From: Camelus dromedarius
Taxonomy: Eukaryota
Assembly: GCF_036321535.1 (NCBI RefSeq)
Contig: NC_087451.1
Coordinates: 42,718,001-42,782,000, forward strand
Reading direction: 5' to 3'
Length of the DNA: 64,000 nucleotides
How positions within the stretch are numbered: the stretch's first letter is position 1; every line of letters starts with the position of its first letter. Both the position numbers and the translations under genes were made by a program. Below are positions 34,621 to 45,800 of the stretch, piece after piece. The notes beneath the pieces are model-generated. The model had not been told where the DNA came from and made no database searches. It worked only from the letters and a program-made list of their open reading frames with translations.

Positions 34621-36048
34621 CCCCATTCAGAAGGTGATAGTTGTCCTTGTCCTCAATCCACCAGAGCCTATTGTCTCCTAATATGGTAGCCTCTTGGTGC
34701 CCGAGACTGGGGAGTTGGAGGAGAGCTGAGAGATGAGAAGCACAGGGACTGGGGAAGCCTCCTTCCTCTGTGACTTGGGTTCTTTTGGGCGTTATTGCAA
34801 AGGCTGGTCCTCTGACTCTTGGTTGCCTCCTCCCAGGCCAGATGTAAATTGGGTTAGGGGTGTCTGCAGCTGTGAGGACCAGATGCCGCTGCTCCCAGTG
34901 GGCTTTCTCTTTCGGAGAAATGTCTCTTGTTTGTTGTTTATAGTATTGTGCTTCCAGGGAAAGTGGTCACTTGTGTGTGTATGTGTGTGTACACATCATG
35001 TCGTGTGTGTGTGGAAATCTTCTGGGCAAGTCAAAACCATAGAAGAGTTGCCTCCTATCTCTCAAATCTTCCAGAGATGTCACTAGTTACAGCGTTTTGG
35101 TTAACCTTCATCAATCCCCACTTTTTTATTCTACCACACACTACTGGAGAGTCGGTATCTGTGGTCAGCTTGCCAGTGACTCTCTCAGTGTATTACTTCT
35201 GACTTCTATTCTTCCCCTGTCTCTATCTTCCAGTCCCCAATCATATTTCCATCTGGACGCATCATTTTTACTCCCGGTGGTGTGCTGCAGAGAAGGAGTT
35301 AGGATGCTGTCTTGCCGTGAATAGTGCTCAGTAACAAGCCAAGTGCATATTAGTTGGGCAGTGCCCCTACCCACCCTCCAGACCCCTTCCAACTAAAACC
35401 CTTCCCTCCTTCCACCATGTGTTTCTCAGTTTCCCTTTTTGTTTGTTGGATTGTTCCACTGCCCCTCCTCCTCACCCTATCACCCTTGGATCATAATGTA
35501 AAATTCTTTGCCATGTCAAGAAATTATTAAAAATACAGGTACTTTGACCTCTTTCTAAAGCTGCAGACCCTGATGCGATGCTGTGGTGGCCAGGGACGTA
35601 CCCGTACTCTTGTGTGCACATTGGGACACTCACCTCCACGTAGACCTCCTGCTACCCTACTGGGTGTCTTTATACCAGTTAAGCTGTCTCTTTTCTCTGG
35701 AATGATGGGAAGACTGAGGCTTCTTCCTACCAAGAGACAAGAGTGGGTCTTTCATTTGTGTTCAGTCTGAGTTATGTGAAAGCTCTTTCCAAACCTAAGC
35801 TGCCTTCTATTCTTAAAGATCCCAGCTCCTTCCTTCCTTCCCCTGTGCTACCCATGAACTGCCAGTAGAGGCTGCTCTTGTTCCATGTGGGGAATCATCT
35901 GATTTAAGGCACACCCTGCCCCATTCTTTACCTTATACTAATATTCCCCTCTGAGTAATGTCTTAAGTTTCTTGAGGAGATGCCAGGGACTTCTGGTTTT
36001 GGTTTTCAAATGACTTGGAGGGATGTCTAGGACCCTAGCTCCCTCTGA

Positions 36049-36054
36049 AATAAA
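36049..36054 (+). terminator. Candidate distal PSME3 polyadenylation signal AATAAA (proximal ATTAAA at 35526-35531)
   Basis: Hexamers downstream of the PSME3 last exon and upstream of AOC2. Confidence 0.55.
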
Positions 36055-36944
36055 GGTTCCTTAACTTCCACCTTGCCAAGTAGCCTTCTGGTATCCGTGG
36101 TCTCTGCAAAAAAGAGATTTAGGATCTTGAACAATGGAGGAACATCTGCTTTATTCTGTTTCAGAGCTCAGTACCAGTAGCTGACAAGTTTTGAATGCCT
36201 ACCCTGTGTCAGGCTCTGTTAAGCACTTTATGTGCATGATCACATTTAATCTTCATGCATCTCTAGGGTAGCTTTATCCCTTCTTTATAGGTGAGGACAC
36301 TGAATCTCATGATAAGTAACTCTCCCCAAGTCACACAGCTTAGGGACCTGCTATTGGTGCACAAACCTGACTGCTGTGGCCAGGCCTTCACCACTTCTTT
36401 CTCACCCACTAGAAGAAGAGGCCTGAGACTGCAAATCAAAGGCTTGGCCCCAGGCAACTGGCAGACCACAGTGCTTACTGCTGAACTGGGCAGTGGATCC
36501 TGGAAATACTGGGGGGTAGCGCCTGCCAGGAGGTAGGAAAATGGACAGTTTGAGTAGCTGCGTGAAGCACACAGGACTTGATTGGGCATCTGAGACTTGC
36601 GTTCTTTCTCAGACCTATTCTGGATGGAAGGTAGAGTTGAGTGTACATACAGATGCCCTCTAAGCTGGTATCAGTGATGGAAATCTCCAGTGGGTACTGA
36701 CAGTGCTGCTGGGAGGCGTTCAGGGATAGGGGAGACTATGCACGTGGAAGTAGTACCTGAGCCAAACCACAGAACAGAAAATTGGAGCAGAATTATATAA
36801 ATCAAGGTTAGAAATTTCCTGTCCAACCCACAGGGTGGAGTTTTCTCTATTCCTATCCATCCTACTGAATATAAACCCTGATTTGATGTCAGTAACTGGA
36901 AGGAGCAACTGGTGGGACTCTCATTTCAGCTCTTAGCATTCATC

Positions 36945-39900
36945 ATGAATCTCAAGGTAGTCCTCGTGTTCCTGGCACTGTCCCTCATTACCATCTTTGC
37001 CCTGGCCTATGTCTTGCTGACCAGCCAAGGTGGCTCCAGCCAGCCTCCCCGCTGCCCCTCTGTATCCCACAGTGCCCAGCCCTGGACACACCCTGGCCAG
37101 AGCCAGCTGTTTGCAGACCTGAGCCGAGAGGAGCTGATGGCTGTGATGAGCTTTCTGACTCAGAAGCTGGGGCCAGGCCTGGTGGACGCAGCCCAGGCCC
37201 GCCCCTTCGACAACTGTGTCTTCTCAGTGGAGCTGCAGCTGCCCCCCAAGGCTGCAGCCCTGGCCCACCTGGACAGGGGGAGCCCCCCACCTGCCCGGGA
37301 GGCACTGGCCATTGTCTTCTTTGGCGGACAACCCCAGCCCAACGTGACTGAGCTGGTGGTGGGGCCGCTGCCACGCCCTTCTTACATGCGGGATGTGACT
37401 GTGGAGCGTCACGGGGGCCCCTTGCCCTATCATCGACGCCCTGTGCTGAGAACCGAGTCTGCCCAGATGTGGAAACATTTGAAAGAGGTGGAGCTCCCCA
37501 AGGCACCAGTCTTCCTGGCTTCTGTCTTCAACTACAGTGGCTCCACTTTGGCAGGTCTGCACGCCACCCCTCGTGGCTTACGCTCGGGGGACCGTGCTAC
37601 CTGGATTGCCCTCTACCACAACATCTCAGGTGTTGGAATTTTTCTTCACCCCGTGGGGCTGGAGCTACTGCTGGACCACAGGGCCCTGGACCCTGCCCAC
37701 TGGGCTGTCCAGCAGGTCTTCTATCTTGGGCACTACTATGCAGACCTGAGCCAGTTGGAATGGGAGTTTAAGGCTGGCCGGCTGGAAGTGGTTAGAGTTC
37801 CTCTACCCCTGCCAGATGGGACCTCATCCCTGCGGTCCCGGATCTCCCCAGGTCCTCTTCCCCCTCTTCAGTTTTCACCTCAGGGCTCCCGGTACAGTGT
37901 CCAAGGGAACCTGGTGGCGTCCTCTCTCTGGACGTTTACCTTTGGCCATGGAGTGTTCAGTGGCATGAGAATATTTGATGTTCGGTTCAAGGGCGAGCGA
38001 GTGGCCTATGAAGTCAGTGTCCAGGAGTGCGTATCTATCTATGGTGCTGATTCACCCAAGACAATGATGACCCGATACTTGGATAGCAGCTATGGACTTG
38101 GCAGTCACAGCCGGGGCTTGGTGCGGGGAGTGGACTGCCCCTACCAGTCTACCATGGTGGACATCCACATATTAGTGGGCAAAGGGGTAGTCCAGCTGCT
38201 CCCAGGGTCTGTGTGTATATTTGAGGAGGCCCAGGGACTACCCCTCCGAAGGCACCACAATCACCTTCAGAGTCATTTCTATGGTGGTTTGGCTGGCTCG
38301 GCCCTTGTAGTCAGGTCTGTGTCCTCTGTAGGCAACTATGACTACATTTGGGACTTTGTATTGCACCCAAATGGGGCTCTTGAAGGGCGGGTCCATGCCA
38401 CAGGCTACATCAACACAGCTTTCCTGAGTGGGGGACAGGAGAGCCTTCTTTTTGGGAACCGCGTGGGGGAGCGAGTGCTGGGGGCGGTGCACACACATGC
38501 CTTCCATTTCAAGCTGGACCTGGATGTGGCAGGTGAGTGCCCAGGGGGTGAGTGTTGAGAGTTGGGGTGGGCCAGAGGGAAGGGAGACCCCCATATCAAG
38601 CCAGAATAGGAAAGAGCATGGCATTCCCACACAATTTAGCAACAGCAGGGACTGATTTGCATGTATTCAGCTGCAGTCAGCCTGAGGTACTGGGCTCACT
38701 GGACGTGTGGCAAAAGGTAGAGAGGGCTCCCCCCCGCCCAGGCCCCTCTGACCTGCTGCAACTGTGAAACTAAATGTAATGGCTGCGCTGGCTGCCTTGG
38801 CCTGTCTGTAGGTGGTGACCTGGCCCTGTCTGGCACCAGTTGCAGCTGGAGCTGGGACTCCTGATTCTGAGAGTCAGTGGAGGTGGGGAGAGCAGGGGCC
38901 CGAGCGGACATGGGAAGCAGTCTGTCTAAAGAGGTTTTCGGAGTGGAAGAAATTCTGGGGCCTGAGAAAGGGAGGTGCTGGCTGGGGACTGCTCCACAGG
39001 ATTTCAGACAAGCGGGGCTATGGGACAGGCCTCATCCTCCTGGGGACCGGGTGGGGAGGGGCATCCTGTTCCTGCCAGCACATGTCATCACAGTGGGCTG
39101 TCCTGTGACATGGCAGGCACGCAATAGTCTTGCTGCAAGGGTGGAAAGGGATTTCTCAAGTAGGGTTCAAAGCACAAAGGAGACTTTCTCTTCCTGCCAG
39201 ATTTTTGTGCAGGACAGAGAATTACCAAATTGGACTATTATACCCAGAAAGAAAATTAGGAATCTACCAGGCCCTCTCCAGTTTACAGTTGTGGAAACAG
39301 GAGGGTGCATGGAGGTGGGTCAGGAAGTGACGGCCCAAGTATAATGCAATGTAACTCAGCATATTTCTTGTGAAACATTTTCATATCCTCTTTGAGTATA
39401 AAGATGGTGTGTATGTGGGGGGGGGGGTGGAGGGGAGGGAGAGCTAAGAAAATAGCATGATTGAAATGCTATTTTCAATCATGCATAGTAACGATTATTC
39501 TTTGACATACTTGGAATATGACTATTTTCTGATTTGAAGATTCCCCCCCCCCAGCATTTTGGCATTAAAGAGCCTTGTCTTGGGATGTAAAATCAAGTAA
39601 CATTGGATCCCTAGAGTATGCAACAGAGGCTGGTGCTGTGGGCCAGAGATGCTGTGTCAGGCCCCTGGGCACAGGACGACGGGCAGAGGCACTGGCTTCA
39701 GTAGAGTGCCTCCCTGTGCCAGAGCCTTCTTAAGAGTTATGTTTAAAGGAACCAGCGGTCCAGACCTGCAGAGTCTAAGTGTTCCAAGGATCTCCCTGAC
39801 AATTTAAAGATAAAAATCTACTTACTTATAAAAAAGTCTGAAAGTGGTCCCTGCCATATTGAAAAAAAAAATAGCAAAGTCTCAGAACGAGGAGGATTAT

Positions 39901-41821
39901 GCAGGGCACCATGGGAGGAGATTGGGTTTTTCCAGCCAGCTTCTCCAAGACAAATAGCCCGTTCCTGGTTAGAAGCATGTTACTAGCCACTTGTATGTGC
40001 TTTTCTATTTACAGAGCTCAGCCACAGAACAACCTTTATTATGCCCAGTATAGAGATTCATAGAGTGAGAATCAGAGAAGCCAAGAATTGGTCCAAAGTC
40101 TACTGGGTAGACCAGTGCTAATAGAACTTTATGCAACGATGGAAATGTTCTCTGCCTGCAGTGTCCAATATGTGAGCCACTAGCCACAGGCAGCTATTGA
40201 GCACTTGAAATGTAGCTAGTGTGACTGAGGAACTGAATTAAAATTTTTTTTGGTGGGGGAGATAGGTTTATTTATTAAATAAACTGGGGAGGTACTGGGG
40301 ATTAAACCCTGGACCTCGTGCATGCTTACCACTGAGCTATATCCTCCCCCCAACCCCGGATTTTTAATTGAAATTGAAATAGCCACTTGTGACCAGTGGT
40401 AACAGTATTGGACCAGGGCACATTTGAAGAAGACAGGCTATCCCTCAAATCCAGACCTGACTCCCAGCACGAGTGCTCTCTGATGAGCTTTGTTAGGCCA
40501 GTGTAGTGGGCGTCATGGAGAAGACGAGGGACCTGTCTCACCTGGTGTGGAACTCCTCTCCCTCCCCTCACCCTGGCAGGGCTGAAAAACTGGGTCGTAG
40601 CTGAAGACGTGGTGTTTAAACCTGTGGCAGCCCCTTGGAGTCCGGAGCACCAACTGCAGCGCCCACAGCTGACTCGGCAGGTCCTGGGAAGGGAGGATCT
40701 GACAGCTTTTCTTTTGGGGAGCCCCCTTCCCCGCTACCTTTACTTGGCTAGCAACCAGACTAATGCCTGGGGTCACCAGCGCGGGTATCGAATCCAGATC
40801 CACAGCCCCTTCGGCATACACATGCCTCTGGACAGCGACATGGAGAGGGCCCTCAGCTGGGGGAGGTGAGGAGGGCCCTGGGCACTGGGTGGTAGGGAAG
40901 GACCAGTCCCCTTCCCATCCTGGCTCTTGGAGACCCCAACTCACTACCCTTGCTCCAAACCTCATCTCAGATCCAAGTAGATATGGGGTGGGAAATGGTC
41001 TCAGACAGAAATCTGATCCAAAGGACTTCGGGGCTGATAAAGGCCCTTGGCATTTTCTGATACCACCTTCCTACAAACATTCCTGGTCAGATACCAGCTC
41101 GCGGTGACTCGGAGGAAGGAGAAGGAGTCACAGAGCAGCAGCATCTATTACCAGAATGACATCTGGACACCCACTATGGCCTTTGCTGACTTCATCAACA
41201 ATGAGACCCTCTTAGGAGAGGTTGGTAGCCCTAGGGACACAGAAGAGGGGCTCCCCTGAGCCTGGTGTCTTGGCTGCCCGGCCCCTGGCTATAGGATGGA
41301 GGGAATGGTGGGTTTCCCACCATTTGATTAGGAGCCAGGGAGCTCCCTAATGACCAGAAGGGTCATCCCTTCCCGGGGTGAGATTAGCCCTGGGACTTAG
41401 ACCACCCTACGGCTTCTCAGGGTTTATCAAACCTTGGGCCTGAGGCTGGGCGGGGGTGGAAGCAGGCGGGACTGGAGGTTGGGGATTGTGGCTGAGGGGA
41501 GATTCTCTGCAAGGGTCTCACCTCCAAAGTCTCTGGCTCCTCCTCTTCCTTCAGGACCTGGTGGCTTGGGTTACAGCCAGCTTCCTGCACATCCCCCACG
41601 CTGAGGATGTCCCCAATACAGTGACTCTGGGGAACAGAGTTGGCTTCTTGCTCCGACCCTATAACTTCTTTGATGAGGACCCCTCCATCTTCTCCCCTGA
41701 CAGCGTCTACTTTGAGAAGGACCAGAATGCTGGGCTCTGCAGTGTCAATCATGTGGCCTGCATCCCCCACCTGGCGTCCTGTGTCCCGGATCTGCCCCCT
41801 TTCTCTTACCAAGACTTTTAG
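36945..41821 (+). CDS. AOC2: Copper-containing amine oxidase 2 (retina-specific type), 756 aa, 4 exons
   Basis: Exons 36945-38532, 40580-40865, 41091-41220 and 41555-41821. N-terminal TM anchor [17 protein letters not shown]2-type active-site motif SSVGNYDY (TPQ Tyr465 at 38337), catalytic Asp (RYLDS), Cu ligands HTH and FLHIPH. Confidence 0.95.
40114..40420. mobile_element. MER3-like hAT MITE interrupted by a SINE, AOC2 intron 1
   Basis: CAGTGCTAATAGAACTTTATGCAACGATGGAAATGTTCT...GCCACTAGCCACA...AGCCACTTGTGACCAGTGG...TATTGGAC, split at about 40244. Confidence 0.55.
40244..40351 (-). mobile_element. tRNA-derived SINE (camelid-type) with an internal deletion
   Basis: Family consensus in reverse, lacking about 12 nt after CATGCTT. 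Confidence 0.8.
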
Positions 41822-42842
41822 CCCTGAGTGTGTGGTGGGACACGGAGTGGGGTGCCAAGACATGTACCATACTCTCTGTTCCCACTTCCTGCTCCCCTGA
41901 CACTCCACCCTTGGGAAACAGCCTCCTATCACATAAACCACCATATAGCCTTTTGGTTAATTCTTATTTCCAGTTCATTTTTTTAAAATGATGAATTTAT
42001 AGAAATGATGTTATTAAAATATTCAAGCAAAAACACCCCAAATCCTACCACTCAGAAATGGCTAGCATTCACATTTGGTGAATGTTATTCCAGACATTTC
42101 TTCATGCATGTGCATTGAAACGGAAGAATAGATAGAATTTTGTAAAAATCGGAGGTGTGTGTAATTTATAATAAAAAGTATTACAAGATTTTTACTTGAA
42201 TTTCTTCTATTTTTGAAGTTTCTAGAATCTCCCAGAGAATACTAAAGACTCTGGCCAAGGAAATTAGCCATGGAGGAGTAGGGGAGGGGAACGGACCTGG
42301 CCAAGAAATGCTGCCGGGGACAATGAAGGGCTGGGAGTGGGGTTTTCCTGGAAGGAAGACAAGAGTTCCAAGGTATCAGAAAAGAAACATCTGGCCCTGG
42401 GGAAGTGGGGACTGGAGGAAGAAATGGGGCTGAGGGGGACGAGGGGCTGCCTCCTTGCTGGTGGTGCATTTCTGTGCTCAGGCTGGTCAGTTGCATTATT
42501 TTGAAATCCCCTCCACCCCTTCCCCCTACCTCAGCTCTCCTCTGTTCCAACCCTGACCCAGAGAGCAGAGTCTGAATTGGAGCCTGGGAGACAAAGCCAT
42601 GTAAGGTCTATGGAAATTGCTGCTACCCTGCTTCAGGCCCGCCCTCCAACCCCAGCCTGCCCCGCCCCCTCCCCAGCCTTCCCTGCTCTTCCCACCCTCA
42701 GTCTCCTTTGCGTCGGAATACTGAGAACCTCAGCCAGAGTCCAGAGCTCCCAATACAGGGGTTAAAAGAGACCTTCTTCAGCTCGCCTGAGAATACATAT
42801 CTCCATTTTTGTTCAACCCTCCATCTCTATGTTCTTGGGACA

Positions 42843-45800
42843 ATGAACCAGAAGACCACCCTGGTGCTCCTCGCTCTGGCTATCATCACTATCTTTGCCT
42901 TGGTGTGTGTCTTGCTAGCTGGCAGAGGAGGAGATGGGGGTGAATCCAGCCTGCCTGCCTTCTGCCCCTCCGTATCTCCCAGTGCCCAGCCCTGGACACA
43001 CCGTGGCCATAGCCAGCTGTTTGCAGACCTGAGCCGAGAAGAGCTGGCAGCTGTGATGAGATTTCTGACCCAGAAGCTGGGGCCAGGACTGGTGGACGCA
43101 GCCCAGGCCCAACCCTCAGACAACTGTGTCTTCTCAATAGAGCTGCAGCTGCCCCCCAAGGCTGCAGCCTTGGCCCACCTGGACAAGGGGAGACCCCCGC
43201 CTGCCCGGGAGGCACTGGCCATCGTCTTCTTTGGTAGACAGCTCCATCCCAACGTGACTGAGCTGGTGGTGGGACCACTGCCCCACCCCTCTTACATGCG
43301 GGATGTGACTGTGCAGCGTAATGGGGGACCCCTGCCCTATCACCGACGCCCTGTGCTCACCCGAGAGTACTTGGACATAGACCACATGATCTTCAACAGA
43401 GAGCTGCCCCAGGCTGCTGGGCTCCTCCATCACTGCTGCTCCTACAAACGCCAAGGACAGAACCTGGTGACAATGACCACAGCCCCTCGTGGTTTACAGT
43501 CAGGGGACCGGGCCACCTGGTTTGGCCTCTACTACAATATCTCAGGGGCTGGGTATTACCTCAATCCTGTGGGGTTGGAACTACTGGTAGACCACAAGGC
43601 TCTGGACCCCACCGGCTGGACCATCCAGAAAGTGTTCTTTCAAGGCCGCTACTATGAGAGTCTGGCCCAGCTGGAGGAAGAGTTTGAGGCTGGCCGGGTG
43701 AATGTGGTGGTGGTCCCAGACAATGGCACAGGTGCATCCTGGTCCCTGAAATCCCCGGTGCCCCGGGGTCTGTCTCCCCCTCTGCAGTTCCATCCCCAGG
43801 GTCCCCGCTTCATTGTCCAGGGGAGTCGAGTGGCCTCCTCATTGTGGACTTTCTCTTTTGGCCTTGGAGCTTTCACTGGCCCAAGGATCTTTGACATCCG
43901 CTTCCAGGGAGAACGTTTAGCTTACGAGATCAGCCTCCAGGAGGCCTTGGCCGTCTACGGTGGAAATACCCCAGCAGCAATGATGACCCGCTATATGGAC
44001 GGCAGCTTTGGCATGGGCAAGTACTCCACACCTCTGACCCGTGGGGTGGACTGCCCCTATCTGGCCACCTACGTGGACTGGCACTTCCTTCTGGAGTCCC
44101 AAGCCCCCAAGACACTACACGATGCCTTCTGTGTGTTTGAGCAGAACCAGGGCCTCCCACTGAGGCGACACCACTCATATTTTCACTCCCACTATTTTGG
44201 GGGCCTTCAGGAGACTGTGCTGATCATCAGATCTGTGTCCACCTTGCTCAATTATGACTACGTGTGGGATATGGTCTTCCATCCCAGTGGGGCCATAGAA
44301 GTCAAATTCCATGCCACGGGCTACATCAGCTCAGCGTTCCTCTTTGGTGCTGCCCGAAGATTCGGAAACCAGGTTGGGGAGCACACGCTGGGCACCATCC
44401 ACACCCACAGTGCCAACTTCAAGGTGGATCTGGATGTGGGAGGTAAGACATCCTGGCGGAGGCAAGGATTCAGAAGAGGAGCCTAAAGAGTTGTCTGCAT
44501 TTGCTTTGAGTTTTATGGAGGTTTTCCAGGAAAGGAAGATCTGAGCCTGAGTGGTTTTGGAATTTCATGCTTCCTCTTTTGCTAGATGGGAGAGAGCTGG
44601 CTGCTGAATGTCACTGAGAGGTTAACTCACTGGCTGGGTGCAGCCCTGCCACCCTCTCTCCACTTGATTTCATCCGAAAATCTTGGGCAATAGCTCAGCT
44701 CAGGCAGGATCTGGGCTAAGGGTCCCTATTGCCCTCTTCCTTCCCTGGCACTTATATGGGCTTCATTTTAGCGAGGCAGACATTTGTTTTTTGGCTCATC
44801 TGTGTCTGGCCTGCAGTGCTGGTGTTTTGGAAGATCTGTTTGCTTTCTGCCGAGTCCCTGGCACATGTAGGCTAATCAGGGAATATCCCAGATTGTACGT
44901 TTCCTTGGAAGGTGTTCCCTCCTCTTCCCTGAGTTTCCCTCTGGGCACAATACATTTAAGTGTGAGGGGTAGAGTGACTGCTGTGGAACATTCTGGGTAG
45001 TTCCTGGAGTTGGTGGTCACATAGAGAGCCAAGGCTACATGATGTCTTAGAGGCCTTGTCATTTTTCACTGTCCTTCCCCACATTGAGTTAATCACCAGA
45101 TTTTTTTCTGTTCTGCCTCTGAAATATCCCAAACTGCTCGCTAGACCCCACTGCCATCCCTCTGTTGAGCCAGTCCTCTCTTTGCCATTTTGACTATTCT
45201 TCCTCTCAGATTCAGGGCTCACTCTGCACCCAGAGGGACCTACCAGCCCATGCCAGCATGCTCCCTCACACACCTCCCACGTTCCCCATCACCTATGGGA
45301 CCCTGTCCGCAGAGGGACCTACGAAGCCCTTCCCCTCAGAGTGCAGCTCCTGCCTGCCTTTCATATTCTCCCCCAGGGCTGCATTAGCTGCACACACACC
45401 CTGCCTGGCCCTGGACACACACAGCGCCCAGGCCAGTCGGGCTGTTTTTCTTTTGCTCATGTTTTGGCCCTGCCTAGAATGCCCTGCCGTGTCATCTCTG
45501 CTGATGACATCCCCTGAGGACAGGCTGAAGCGTTGCCCAGGAAGGCCCCCACTCCTGCCTGCACCTGTGTTCCTCTAACCTTGAATCGTGAGCGTGCTCT
45601 TCTGGCATTGCAGGCCCCTCAGGGCTTTGCTCCTCTGTGGCTTCAGTGGGAGCAGGAGGGTAAGAATAAAGTTTCATTCACCTGTATGTCCCCCGCGCCG
45701 AGCACAGGCCTCTCCACTAATGGGTGTGAACGGATGAATGAATGAAATCCTTGAAGACATATTTCACAGGTCAACAGCTTTGGCTGAAAGATGGGGGATA

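Noticed and set aside
36912-36944. Upstream extensions of the AOC2 (36912) and AOC3 (42708) ORFs
   Set aside because: They start at GTG/TTG. The ATGs at 36945 and 42843 give canonical lengths (756 and 763 aa) and correct residue numbering.
39415-39445. G-rich run with G-quadruplex potential
   Set aside because: A common low-complexity tract with no supporting context.
42827-44178. Recurrent antisense ORFs shared by the AOC copies (e.g. MGWSCLPKK..., [10 protein letters not shown]...)
   Set aside because: They are shadows of GC-rich coding exon 1 and recur only because the sense sequences are near-identical.
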